NCBI GenBank assembly: GCA_965113315.1
Contig: OZ220363.1
Reading direction: 5' to 3' (one strand)
DNA length: 64,000 bases
Source: Podarcis vaucheri
Lineage: Eukaryota
Positions 1-12,892 of this stretch are shown in pieces (the first letter of the stretch is position 1; every line of letters starts with the position of its first letter). The notes beneath the pieces were generated by a model. That model made no database searches and had not been told where the DNA came from. It saw only the letters and a list, made by a program, of their open reading frames with translations. Both the position numbers and the translations under genes were made by a program.

Positions 1-91
1 TGGGAATATTTTTAAAAACTGCAAACTGGCAGATTGAGCTCAAGTTCTCAGAATAATGTGCAGCCAAATCCTATGTGTTGTCAGTACATCT

Positions 92-198
92 GGCTGTTAA
101 CCAGAAGGTTGGTGGTTCGAGCCCACCTAGGATTCCTGCATTGCAGGGGGTTGGACTAGATGACCCTTGGCAGCCCTTCCAGCTCTACAATTCGATGA
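92..198 (+). mobile_element. Partial SINE with tRNA-like B box and CR1-derived 3' tail
   Basis: GGTTCGAGCCC B box followed by GGGTTGGACTAGATGACC...CCCTTCCAGCTCTACAATTCGATGA, a CR1-type 3' end. Confidence 0.7.
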
Positions 199-3100
199 AG
201 TAAATCCAATGGGGCTTATTTCCAGGTGGGGATGCATTATTATTTTGCGTTGTTTTATTTTATAAATTTATGTACCACTTTTTACAAAGACGTCTTATAC
301 AAATATATAAAATACAGAACAGCCGACACAAATGTTTAAAAACCAAAAACACATAAAATAGATAAAAAGTATAGTGCTGCATCCAACATAGAACTTCATG
401 AATGTTTTGTAAATACAAGGATTTCTGCTTGGGCAGCAGAATTTGAGGAGAGAAGGCCCATCACACAAGCAGAAATGTTTGCGCTAATGGGACTCACTAG
501 TCGAATACTGCCCATAATACTGCCACAGAAATGCTAAATGTTTTCATCCAATGCTAGCAATAACAAGGAAAATATCCTGCACACACCCCAATATATATAA
601 AAAAGGACACAGAACAGGCCATAAATCACTCCACATTAAGTTCCCAAAACCCAGGAAAATGAGAATTTTTTTGCCTGGCACTTAAGAGCTAAAAATGTTG
701 TTGCCAGGCATGCTTCTTGGGGAGAACATTCCACATTCGGATTGGGGTGGACATCTTGGATATCCAGTAAGCTCTGCTTACTTGTTCAACATAGGTTTAC
801 TTTGAAGTCCATGATGATAGACCCATGGGAATGCTTCCAATCCTAGGGAATAATGCAGTTAAGTAGATGAGCATGGGGTACTCTAGGATTTTCCTAAAAG
901 CTATACAGAAAGCAGAGCATTTATCAATGCATGTGCTCAATAAGCATAATGTGAATTGATTTTAAACAGTGACATACATAGCCTACTTTCGTAACAGGTC
1001 ATTTAGTCAAGGCTAGCATCTGTGTCACAAACCCATTACACTCAACAGTGTGCTAGTGTCCAGTACTAATATTTTCTTAGAGTGGAGGTGAGAAAACTGT
1101 AGCCGTTCAGGTGGTTGGGCTGAACATCAACCCTGAACATTGGCTGTGCTGGATGGGGCTCATTGGGTTGGGGACACAGGTTCCCTACCTGGTCTACCAC
1201 CAGTAGTTGAACCTCCATGACCTGTCAGTGGAGGGTTTAGTTCCACTGAATTTTCATAGTTTGTGAGAGTTGGACTGGGCTCTGTTTACTGGAGTTGTAC
1301 TATAAAAAGTGTAGGTTTTTTTCAACCTTACATATTTGCCTGATACAGACACTCAGCTGAAGCTACAAATTTCAGTTGTTCGGTTGGTTTCTCAAAAATT
1401 TCTTTCAGCACTCATGCACTAGAGGGAGCTGCTATTCTACTAGTGATGGAGCTAAAATTTCATTTTTTAAAATAGAGCACACATAAGCCTCCCCCTATTT
1501 TCCCCCCCTCTCATTTCTAAATGGGGTATCCTACCTGCAAACCTTCTGGTGTCCCTAGGCCTAGAAGGGACATGTAGGAAAATCCTGTCTCTCCTCCCCA
1601 CTTCCAATTGCACTGCTCTCATGCTACCAACTCCCCTGCCCTAAGATATTTTAAACTTTGAGGTCAGGTCATGCTATGTTGCTATTAGTATGATGTGCAA
1701 TTGCGTGTGCGTCCATACGGACATCCACATCGGGATGCACGTCCAAGGGTGCATTACATTGAAAGAAGGGTAGTGCAAACTGATGCCACTCATTCAGGTT
1801 AATACATACACTCTGTGGTCCATGTGACTTAGATCTGTGTTTCCTGATTCAGTGAGTGATGTGCATGCAACAATTGCTTCTGTGTGCAGATTTCCTTGGT
1901 TGGATTGGGCAAGGAAATGTGGGAAGGTAAAAGGAGGAGACATGCAACAACTAGATGATCCTCAGGAACCCTTCCAACTCGATGATTCTGTGGTCTGTGG
2001 CATGATGCAGACCTATAATGGGAGGGGTAAAGTAGCAGAAATCTGGAGGGCTGCCATCCATTAGCAAAAGTGCCTTCTGTTCACACAAGCACATTTGGGT
2101 CCACCCAATTATTTCAAGAGAACAATAACTTTCAACTTTTCTCTCTCTCCATTCCCCCCCCCAATCAAGTAGAACAGGGTGGGCCAACCTTCTCAGGCCA
2201 GTGGGTACATTTCAAATTTTGAGAGTGTGCCATGAGCATCAGTCACAAAATGGCTGCTAAATTCCAGATTTGTTTTCTCCCAAGAAATTTGCACTTGCCA
2301 GATCCACCTCTTTGGCATCAGACAAAGGGCAAGCTTAGGCCTGGTGTCTATCTTTGGAAGAAATCAATAACAGAATAGAAATCAAGAATTAGAATTCTGT
2401 TTTCTTCTATTAAGCTATTTCAGGTTATAACAGGTTCTACCCTGAATCCCTATTCAGTCTTTCTGTTCTCTTGGTGTCTACTGCCCCAGCAAATCACCTG
2501 GCTGTGTGTATTATATTCACACGCAATTTGAAAGTACATTTCTATTATCATGAATAAGCACTTCATGGTTTATCTTCTACTGTATACGCCATCTTGTATA
2601 TCTGCCATGTGTTCAGTCTGTGTCTTACACTTCTTCTAGTAGGCTCTGGCCTATGAAAACTTAGACCACTATTAAATAGTTTGTTTCTCAGGGGATATGC
2701 TTTAATTGATGCATGCTACCCTTATTAACTGATAGGTTGTAATACTATTTTGACATTTAAATTAAGCAGCTGCAGCAAACTCTGTTGAAATCACAGTACT
2801 TTGCCTTGCTTTCCCAGTAAAAATGTCAAGAGATCTGATCACAGATCTCCTGTGTTGCATATTTAGTTTGACCCCTACACATACATGGATTTACCAACTG
2901 GACTTTTCTTGATCTATTACAGTGCCTGCAATTTCCCACAGAACCATGCAATCAAAAGCATTTTCCGTGTATCCACCATGCTGTTCTTGTATTGATGCAC
3001 AAGCGGGAGAAATTGCCTGCTGATAGAGTATTGCCAGTGTGAATGGCATATCTATGTTGCAACTGGTTTCTGATTGAAAGGAGTTATTACATAGTGAGTG

Positions 3101-3416
3101 TAATGCGTATTATCTGGCCAAAGGTAGACTTTGAAGTCTCAGTGTTTTCAGTTGGAAGAGAGTTAAGCATGTCTAAACCTCCCATTGACATCTATAGGAT
3201 TCAAAGGTGCTTAACTTTGTTAAGCCTCAGTGGACATTTCTGAGTCTCTGCATCTTTATCTTCATACAGGTAGCTGCATTTTATGCAAAATAGCAGTCTT
3301 ATTCCCCGTAAGTGGGTTGCTGGTTTGGGGATGCACAGGTTAGTGAAGGTGCAAACAGGACAGGATTACAGACCAGAAATACCTCCTAGATTGGCTGAAA
3401 AATATATTTTAGAAGA

Positions 3417-3418
<2 letters not shown>

Positions 3419-3464
<46 letters not shown>
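3419..3464. repeat. (AC)n microsatellite
   Basis: Perfect dinucleotide run. Confidence 0.98.
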
Positions 3465-3466
<2 letters not shown>

Positions 3467-3757
3467 GGCCAAGGACTAGCCTTTCAGATGGCCACTGCAC
3501 ATGGCTCTCATACTACCAAAAAGCATTGGCAGTAGCAGCCTGTGAAGAAAATGGGCTGTTATAAAAAAATAATAAAAAAAAAATTTAAGTATTTTGTAAA
3601 GAGACGGGGCGATTAATTTGTGGCTTGATTCATGACTTGAAGGATCCAGAAAAATAACTTGGAAGGTGTCAGAAATTAATCAAGGGAAGATAAGATATAT
3701 CATAGGCAATTGTTTTCTGTGAAGCTTTTGAAATGTATGTGGATTGAGGGGCAAATC

Positions 3758-3894
3758 AAAGGCAACTCCATGCTGTAATTTAGCCAGGGTCTTCCTTGAC
3801 ATTCAGATCAGGAGGATCTCAGAAAAGGCAACTCCATGCTGTAATTTAGCCAGGGTCTTCCTTGACATTCAGATCAGGAGGATCTCAGAAAAGG
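3758..3894. repeat. Perfect 66-bp tandem duplication
   Basis: GGCAACTCCATGCTG...GATCTCAGAAAA starts at both 3761 and 3827. Confidence 0.95.
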
Positions 3895-4699
3895 GGACAA
3901 CCCTGTTGCAGCGGAGAATGAAGAAAGGAGATCTATGTAAGTCTTTAACTTAAGGACTGCCTATGTGAGGGAAAAGCTCGATGCACTTAACCCATTTTAC
4001 TTTGCTCCACTTGGGAAATTGCTTTGTGTGCATGCAACCATACATTTACAAACATCATTATCTTCCCAGTGAACTTTTAATATTACTTCACAAAACCTCA
4101 AAGCCTTTAATTTAATTTTAGCCGCCCCATGCCCCAAGAGACACAAGGGAGACTTATACCGTTTGGTGAAAGGCATCCTGGAGGAATAAAGACATTTAAC
4201 CTGGCGGTAGCAAAACATAAACAGGGAGGGAAAGCACACTGGGGAGCAACACTGCTTTGGCCGGATCTCCCTTCCCTGCAGAGTTTAATCTGGAGTGCCG
4301 TGACACAGCCTTCCTCTTGATTCCTTTGAGCCGGGGTGTGTGTGTGTGTGTAAAGAGATGGAGGGAAGAAGGCTCAGAGAACTGAACCTTCAAGATCCTT
4401 GAGGAATGCATGGCCTCAGGATCTACCTCCCCCCATTTCTTTTAGTTCCAAGATGGAAAATTTCACCTCAATATGGGAAGCTTTCTTGAAGAACTTCTTG
4501 GGGGGGGGGGTATCTGTTTTTCCAAGAAATCTCTCTATAAACTAATATATTCATGTGCATTATTCATGATGTGTCAATGGGTGTTGTCGATTGAGTGACG
4601 CTCTGGCAGTTGGGCAGGCGTTTGGCAGCTTCTGCCGGCGATGTGACAGATGGGAGGTGGATTTTGTGATGTGTGTGGAGGAGCGATTTTTGGCAATTT

Positions 4700-4840
4700 C
4701 TCTTTAAAAAAGCTCAGCAACCCTGGCTAATCCCTCCTCCCCAAAAACTCAACTCCTCTGTGCCATCTCCCCCCATTTTCTTAAATTTGACTTCCCAAAA
4801 ATTATACACGGGGGTGTCTTATAGACGGAAAAGTACAGTA
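4700..4840 (+). mobile_element. Right end of a Tc1/mariner-type MITE (same family as 8365-8866)
   Basis: Ends GTCTTATAGACGGAAAAGTACAG-TA; internal similarity to 8760-8866. Confidence 0.65.
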
Positions 4841-5002
4841 TATCCTTAGTGTGCAAATATCTATATGTAAGCTGCTTGTTGATGGCTCAGGCCACAATCC
4901 TTGATAGCAATACAGGTGTGGAAGATACATGCATATACACTTTTTAAAAAAGAAAAGAAATAGCACACTTGCCTGTTGGACTAGGTAGGCTGCTTTGCTT
5001 TT

Positions 5003-5385
5003 CATAGAATCATAGAATCATAGAGTTGGAAGAGACCACAAGGGCCATCGAGTCCAACCCCCTGCCAAGCAGGAAACACCATCAGAGCACTCCTGACATA
5101 TGGTTGTCAAGCCTCTGCTTAAAGACCTCCAAAGTAGGAGACTCCACCACACTCCTTGGCAGCAAATTCCACTGTCGAACAGCTCTTACTGTCAGGAAGT
5201 TCTTCCTAATGTTTAGGTGGAATCTTCTTTCTTGTAGTTTGGATCCATTGCTCCGTGTCCGCTTCTCCGGAGCAGCAGAAAACAACCTTTCTCCCTCCTC
5301 TATGTGACATCCTTTTATATATTTGAACATGGCTATCATGGCTCCTCTATGTGACATCCTTTTATATATTTGAACATGGCTATCA
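5003..5385 (-). mobile_element. 5'-truncated CR1 LINE (ORF2 C-terminus plus 3' tail)
   Basis: ORF 5082-5357 reads MIAMFKYIKGCH...LQERRFHLNIRKNFLTVRAVRQWNLLPRSVVESPTLEVFKQRLD, the classic CR1 ORF2 end; (ATTCTATG)n tail at about 5003-5022. Confidence 0.93.
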
Positions 5386-8207
5386 AATGTCTTTCCTCTT
5401 CAGCCACATGATCAGCTGCACTAAAAACATTTGATATATCTCTGCACTACGTTATGAAAGCCCTTCCTTAATATACGGTGGTATTGCGGTTTTCAAATAA
5501 GTAGCTAACAGAATCTTGGTGACAACCAGCAAATGCATAGCGGCGTTTTACTGGCAGTCAAAGTCTGTTATCTTAAAAAAAAAATCCCAATTAAGATTAA
5601 TCCCAATAATTTGACCATTTACTTCCAAGATTTGCAACCACAACCTCTTCATTGAATTACAGTTTCACCAAAGAAGCATGAATTTGAAATACCATTTAGA
5701 GCACATGAACCAATTGGTTTTGAAGAATTCTGTTTACTCCAACACAAATCGTCTGCTGCCTTAACTGTCTAGTATTGAAGCTGCTGAAAACTGTAACAAA
5801 CTGATGAAATTTTAATACTTTTATGACTGGCATCTTTTATACGAGCTCCCAAATCAATAATTCTTATCAACATGTCTTAACAAGCAATTTTTTAAAGGGT
5901 ACTTTTCTTAATAAATGTCTTGTTCAACAACTGCCTTCTTAATTAGTTGGCTGACGCAGCAATAATTAATGCTTTACACGTTTTCCCAGCAAGCGATTCC
6001 AGGCAGGCCTCTCAACACTCTCCTCCTTGGGAGAATTTAGGATAAGTGCCACATGTTCGATGGCTAAGCAATTTAAAATTCCATCATCAGTCATCATTTT
6101 GCAGGATGACTGGGTGTAATTATGCATCATGGCTGCCTGTTGATCATTGCAACTCTCAGGCTACAAATTGCTATTTTTCCAAGCACGGTAGTTTAACCTA
6201 TTTATTCTAATAGAGACCTTCTAAAATCTATGAAAATGCGTATTTATGCAGGGGTACCCTCTTCCAAATTGAGGTGAACTCTGGAAATAAACTTCAGTGT
6301 ACAGTCTAATTGAAGCATTTCACCAGAAGTTGATGTCATTTGTTCTTAGACCAGCAGAGAGTAGGATCAACAATCAAAGTCAATTCATTTTAAGTAAACA
6401 AGCTTATTCCCTCTTTCTTTACAGAGAACAATACTCTGCATCTCATTTCTTAGATGCCAGTTTTTTGGGGGTTTTTTTTGGCATTGCTTGGATCTAGGTT
6501 GGCCTTGGCAAAGTAAATTACTTTACCATTGACCTGTCGGTCACTAGACAAGAATGGTATTTTCTATGGATTGCACCATGTCCAGACTGCTTTTTTCTCT
6601 TTTTCTTTTAAAAGCTACAGTCTTACCATTCTGTCAAGGTGGGCTAACCTGTCAAAAACAGTCCCACTGTAAAGAGTGACCTGTCAAGAGTTAAGAATGG
6701 ATAAACTGAAAAGAACAATATATGGCTTACTGAACAAATGCTCAAGGGGGAAAATTGGGATATAGTCTGTAGAGCCCAATGCCCTGATGCTTTGAAAATA
6801 ACAGGGAAGTGCAGTATGGGCAAGGGAAAACTTAATTAACACTTGCCAGTAGTAATAGAAACAAAAGGGGAAATTTTGTTTACCTTTTAGCTGCGGAAGA
6901 AATAACTGAAAATAGCATGTAAGAAGTAAACACATGGACTAAGTTAACCAATGTAACAGCAGAAGGATGCATTAAATGTGCATAAGTAATTATGAATTCA
7001 TGGTATCACTTGCCTGGAAAAAGAATATCAGTTTAAAAGTAAATTTGATGTGTCATAACATATTTACATTTCTCTTAATCTTAAACATCTGTGCACCGTT
7101 AATGTAGAAGCTTTAAGTGTTAAATTTCGCAGTGTAATTCAAGTTACTGGATCAGTTGTATGAGTGTTTTAGAGCACCATTTAACTTTCTCTGTTAGTTC
7201 CCCACCCCTATGGTGGGCGATGGAGAGATTGTGACTACAATCTACAGTGGTGCATGGAATCTGCAATAGGTTCTCTGGGGTTATTGTTGTTGTTTTATAT
7301 AGAATTTCCTTAATTCAAAGCTTTTCTAAGTGAAACTTAGAAACTTTAAAAAGTGAAACAGCATATGTGTACAAGACTCAGTGCTTTTATTTTATGAGCG
7401 CTTGAAAAGCCGCTTGCATGGGGGGGGGAGGAGTGGGAGCTGTTGAGAAGAGAATGCTCTAAGAAATATAGGGTTGTGTACTTACACTGTGTGAGTGCTG
7501 CTCCGGGTCCCATTAAACTTTGTTTAGAAATGTCAAGGTTTACATATGGTCACTGCTTTCATTAAAATGTTAATGCTGCTTAACTGCTCAAATAAAGTAT
7601 GTCTTAAGTACACAGTGCTGGTGAGAACGCTTTTGAACCGTCTGTTGTTGTTTTTTAATAGGACTCCTGAATTATTCAGTGAGCTCACAGGTACATGGCA
7701 CAGTTATTCTCAAATTGTGTTTACCCAGTAGCTTAAATGCCACCCACTGTGACATTTATTAGCACACCCGCCCTGCACAATGCAGAGGGGATGGTGATCT
7801 CTACCAAAGGGTGTGTTCACACCTCTCTGACAGCAGAAACTGAGCAGTAATTTAGGTTGTGTTTATTTTACCAATTAGTCTGCATCCAGTTGTCTCCCAT
7901 TGCTAGTTTTTGAAGCTTCATGCATATGACATTAGCAACAATCCATATCGATTCTGCAGTTCCTTGAGAAATACAGTTGTTTGATGTGTTTTTCCTCAAA
8001 CCAGTTTCAGTCCAGCTGGGAAACCTTAGCCACATTCACTTCGCAGTTAAGCCAGGTGTGTACATTTGAGAGCACCAATGCACATGCATGGAAGAGCACA
8101 CCTGTGCAGATGACAGCTTCATAAATAGGAGCTCCAGAGGCGTTGCAGGCTTGGGGAAACCGAACAGGTAGCACAGGCGAAGACACCCCTGACCCCTCTC
8201 TGTGTAT

Positions 8208-8268
8208 GTTGTTGTTGTTTAGTCGTTTAGTCATGTCCGACTCTTCATGACCCCATGGACCAGAGCAT
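8208..8268 (-). mobile_element. BovB/RTE LINE 3' end fragment
   Basis: Reverse complement reads GTCCATGGGGTCATGAAGAGTCGGACATGACTAAACGACTAAAC(AAC)n. Confidence 0.8.
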
Positions 8269-8364
8269 AGTATATGTGTATAGCAAGGTGCAAATGTGAA
8301 TTGAAATGCAGAGGGGTATAGGGACAGGGAATGGCTTCACTGCATTTTAAGCGGCTAATGTGTA

Positions 8365-8866
8365 CCTTATTTTTCCATGCATTAGTCAAGATTTTTTGAC
8401 TCAAAATTTTTTGTCCAGTACACAGATAGTGGCATGGGGAAGAGAAGCTGCGTGCTGCCAGCCAGCCAGTTGGCAGAAGCGCACATTCCTCCTATGCCAC
8501 TGTGCATGGGAAACACTCCCTAGATCGTTTCCTGTGCGCAGTGGCATCGTGGGACGTTGCGCTCCCACCAACCGGCGGTCGGGAGCGCAACTTCCCCTGA
8601 TGCCACTGCGCACAGGAAACACTCCTGCCAACCGGCTGGCGGGCAGGAGCGCAACTTCCCCTGATGCCGCTGTGCGCGGGAAAAGATCTAGGGAGTGTTT
8701 CCCATGTGCAGGCTATGCCCATGCACAGTGGCATAGCCTGCAGCTGCGTGGGGGGGGGGAGAAGCTCAACAACTTTGGGCCATCTCCCCTCATTTTCTTA
8801 AAATGGAGTCCCCAAAAATAGAGTGGGTATTATACATGGGGGCGTCTTATAGACGGGGAAATACGG
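8365..8866. mobile_element. Tc1/mariner-type MITE with a large GC-rich internal palindrome
   Basis: TA-CCTTATTTTTCC left end and GGGGAAATACGG right end form imperfect TIRs; internal inverted repeats at 8495-8735. Confidence 0.75.
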
Positions 8867-9866
8867 CATATAGCATCAGCAATAAAGTGCTTACATTTAA
8901 TAGGTAATGCAAGTGAAGTGGAAGGAATAGGTTTAATACCCACTGAGGGTAGCATGTACAGTGCAGGTGTTTTACTATTGAAGTAACTTCTGCAGCAAAC
9001 TACTTCTGTTCGAGAAATAAGTAAATATATATAGTTTTTTGGCCTAAGGACTCCCATGGTAGGTACAAATGAACCCAGGGAATTCTCAGCATACATTGTG
9101 AACTACAATCTGTTCAATCTTTGAGGAAAGCCTTGGCAGTTGAAAATGTACAACTGGCAATCTGATATCACCGAGTTAGCCCTGTTACATCACTTCCACG
9201 AGTGGAACTATTCCTTAAAATAGATGGTGGAGCGATTTGGAAGTTGGTAGATTAAAAGAACACATCCCAAAGTGCAGTTTAAAATATGCCCCTGCACATT
9301 CTACCAGCAGTAATCTTTTTTTCTTTTTCTTTTTTTGTAAAGAAAAAAGTATTGGAAGATTTTTCTTCCAATTCAAAGTAGAGATTTGAGGTCATGTGCA
9401 ATAAACAATTTTTCTTGCACCATTATAGATCATTCCTGTCTCAAATGCTGAAGAACCACAGTATTTTTCACATCCCAGCCAAAGTACATCTTCTACGTAC
9501 ACCACCCTTCAGAAATCATAGAAGTCCCCCCCCCTTTTCTCTCATGGTTAAATGCATCAGAATGAGTGTTGCTTTAAGGGCCTGGCTACCTTAATATTTT
9601 TATTTATGTTCAGGGGTTTGATGCCACAGTTTTAAATAAAATTGCTCAATTGTTGCTAATCCCATATGTAATTGGAGCCCTGTTATAAACAGTGGTATTG
9701 CTTGTGCACTGAGAGGCATGTAAGAAGAACTGACAATGACTTGGCATGGTGTAGCACAAACACATGTGCATGTGGATTGCTGGAGCTTGGAGATCTGAAG
9801 CCATGCCACTCAGGCTAGGAGCAAGTACAGAAGAAGATCAGCACCTTTGTGGTCTTTACTTTACTA

Positions 9867-10120
9867 GAGAGCCAGTGTGGTGTAGTGGTTAAGAGTGGTA
9901 GATTTGTAATCTGGGGAACCGGGTTCGCATCCCTGCTCCTCCACATGCAGCTACTGGGTGACCTTGAGCTAGTCACACTTCTTTGAAGTCTCTCAGCCCC
10001 ACTCACCTCACAGAGTGTTTGTTGTGGGGGAGGAAGGAAAAGGCGATTATTAGCTGCTTTGAGGCTCCTTAGGGTATTGATAAAGCAGGATATCAAATAC
10101 AAACTCTTCTTCTTCTTCCT
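9867..10120 (+). mobile_element. tRNA-derived CORE-type SINE (Squam3-like)
   Basis: TGGTGTAGTGG A box, GGTTCGCATCC B box, GTGACCTTGAGCTAGTCAC core motif and (CTT)n tail. Confidence 0.85.
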
Positions 10121-10610
10121 TCCCCATTTTATCCTGTATCTGCCTGTCACTGTATCTCCTTTGCAATAACCACCTGTATGAATTTTTTCAAGGTCACAGC
10201 CACTTTATCAAAATAAATCTTCTCAGTGCTCTCACCAGCTTAGCAACAGACCAAGACTACTTGTGATGCTTCTTTGGGCTCTGTCAGTAGATCGGTGGCC
10301 TTGCTGTTGCTGTCTGGCAACGCTGATTTGGCACTGGTGGTGACAATGAAAAGTGGAAAGCCCTGGAAGTGCACACTTTCAGACCCATTTTAGGTGTTGG
10401 TATCATCATCTTCTAGGCCCAAAGGAAAGGCAGTATTCACTTCTGTGATTTTTCCCCAGTAAGGTGCTGTTGGATCTCTCTAACCTTGTGTAGCAACATA
10501 AGATTTACCTTTAACCACCTGTAAAGGCTGTAGTTCTGCACAGGATTTAAATGTATAGAAATTAAGTTTCTCTGGTTTAGAAGAGACTGCACTTCTCCTT
10601 TTCTGAACAT

Positions 10611-10617
10611 ACACACA

Positions 10618-10658
<41 letters not shown>
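10611..10658. repeat. Compound (AC)n(AG)n microsatellite
   Basis: Seen directly. Confidence 0.97.
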
Positions 10659-11311
10659 TCTTGATTGAAATTTCAGGATGAGCAAAGCTGATTATTATTT
10701 GATGGAAATCAGTTTAATGTCTGTAGCATCTGAAATGGAAGCTTTCTAGTAAAATATACAGCTAAGGTTGATTGCTCTGAACAAAATGATGAGCAGAGAA
10801 ATATCTGTCATACTAAAACCTTACACTGATTGGGCAGATGGTAGCTTAACACAACTTAGGGGGAAAATAGAAGAGATAGAATGGCTTTTTGTGTAACACA
10901 AAGAGAAGCCCACCAAGGTTTTCTGGCCTTAATAGCCACCCAGAAGCTTGGGGTCAACAGCCGTCTGCCCGTCCCGTAAGGAGCAGCATATTGCACTCGG
11001 CCTCAGGCTGTGTGTCTGAATCTTAACATGAGGTAAGAGATGATCCCCACATCCACCTTATGGAAGACAGTAGGGCAGTGTACTTGCTGTGCTTTAAATG
11101 CCCACAAAAACAAGCTCTCCACCTTGCAGCTGCAAAGGGATGGGTGGGGATTGTCCAGCAGTTCCACTGCATTTCGGAGTCTTTGGGAGGGCTTTGGAAT
11201 CCATTGCAAAGGAAGCAGCTGATCTCTGTCCTTTTGCATTGCAGTTCTTTCCATGTGCCTTGGAAGCACGGGACCAAGACAAACCCAGCCTTCCTATTTA
11301 ATTTCAAGCTG

Positions 11312-11313
<2 letters not shown>

Positions 11314-11357
<44 letters not shown>
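11314..11357. repeat. (GT)n microsatellite
   Basis: Seen directly. Confidence 0.98.
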
Positions 11358-11358
<1 letters not shown>

Positions 11359-12408
11359 GGGAAGACTGTTCATACCACTGAGTTGTGCTTCCAGGCACCT
11401 CCGAATTGCAGTACAACAGCAGGGAGATTCTCTGCATCAAGGATGCAGTTGCTTATGCTTACCACAATGAGCATGGAAGTCATAACCCCTCTCTTAACAC
11501 AAGTTATCTGAATGCAGCCTTGATGTTCTTCCTTGTAATTTCCAGCTGTTACAGGGGTCACTAAACACACAGTCCTTATAGGTATTTTAAAATCCATGTT
11601 CATTATTGACCAAGGTGGTGCTCTCTGAACCAGAGATTCTGCAAACAGTAATAGAAAATTCAGACTTCCCTACCAAGGGCTGCCATACTGAAAAGAACTC
11701 TTGTGTGAAAGACTTCAAGCAAAGCGGAAGATGAAAGTTGGTGTTGATTAATTTTGACATGACAAAGTTCTGCTCATCTTCAAAGAGCATTTGCCTCGTT
11801 CTATTTTGGAATGCAGTAGAGGGCAGGGGATGAAGGTCACCCACTTGGAAGAACAATAGCGTTGGGGTACTTGCAAAATGGAATTGAAAAGGAGGAAGGC
11901 ATCCACTATTAGGGCTTTACCAGAAATGGACAAAACTTGTTTGTGAGATCCTTATTTGTAAAAGATGATAGATAAATAGTGTACATTGCCTGGTACTGAA
12001 CTGAAAATGGAAGCAGGTGGAAATATAAATACCACAAGATTTCTCAATTTACAGAAGGGGATATTGACATTGGCTTGTTTCCCCCCACAAAAAAGGAAAG
12101 ACAGATTTTTTTTTAAAAAAAAGATCATTTCCAATGCTACCAGAACTGGAGGGCACATAATGAACTGTAAAAGAAAATAGCAAATGTATGATCATGCTAT
12201 GGTGCACCTCTTCGCAATAAGAAGGTTTTTTCTAATGTGTAGCAAACTCTTTTTTTGCTGGTTGAGAATGTAGAGCTACATGGTATGGTTGATGCCATAC
12301 ACGACAACTCCAGCTATAAAATAAATAAATAAATAAATTATACCCCGCCCTCCCCAGCCAGAGCCGGGCTCAGGGTGGCTAACGCCAGTAAAATTACAGT
12401 AAAAAATA

Positions 12409-12619
12409 CAGTCATACCTTGGGTTGAATGTGCTTCAGGTTGAGTGCTTTTGGGTTGTGCTCTGTGGCAACCTGGAAGTAATGGAGCGTGTTACTTCCGG
12501 GTTTCACCACTTGCGCATGTGCAGACGCTCAAAATGACATCACACGCATGCACAGAAGCAGCAAAATGTGACCCACGCATTCTCAAAAAGGAGCTCGTTC
12601 GCATCCCGAGATACCACTG
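12409..12619 (+). mobile_element. Tc1/mariner (Tigger-like) MITE, CpG-decayed copy
   Basis: TA|CAGTCATACCTTGGG ... CCCGAGATACCACTG|TA: TIRs with TA target duplication. Homologous to 49885-50100. Confidence 0.85.
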
Positions 12620-12811
12620 TAATAGGAAAAGAAAAACCAAGTTAAAATACAGGTTAAAATGTGATTTAAAATGCAGCCTCATTTTAAAAGTAGCCCATAG
12701 ATCATATGAATGTGTGGCTGGAAGATGGTCATTTTAAAATATTATGTTACTGTTGCTATATATAGATTCTAGAGAGAATTCAGGAATTCTGTTCTTTTTT
12801 CCCTTTTTTAG

Positions 12812-12892
12812 GTATATAGAAATCTTGAAGGAGCATAAACCTAAGCTGGTTTGGGATGAACAAATAGCTGAACACTATTTTGAATACAAAAA
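12812..12892 (+). CDS. CHID1: Chitinase domain-containing protein 1, third-last coding exon (R)[26 protein letters not shown](K)
   Basis: Polypyrimidine tract plus AG at 12810-12811; GTGAGT donor at 12893; 81 nt, phase 2/2. The translation matches the recalled CHID1 C-terminal region (YIQTLKDHRPRMVWDSQASEHFFEYKK in human). Confidence 0.95.

Noticed and set aside
8360-8821. Three overlapping ORFs with repeated peptides
   Set aside because: An artefact of the GC-rich palindromic MITE.
11023-11511. ORFs with HTHT or CVCV runs (also 3283-3564)
   Set aside because: Translations of dinucleotide microsatellites.
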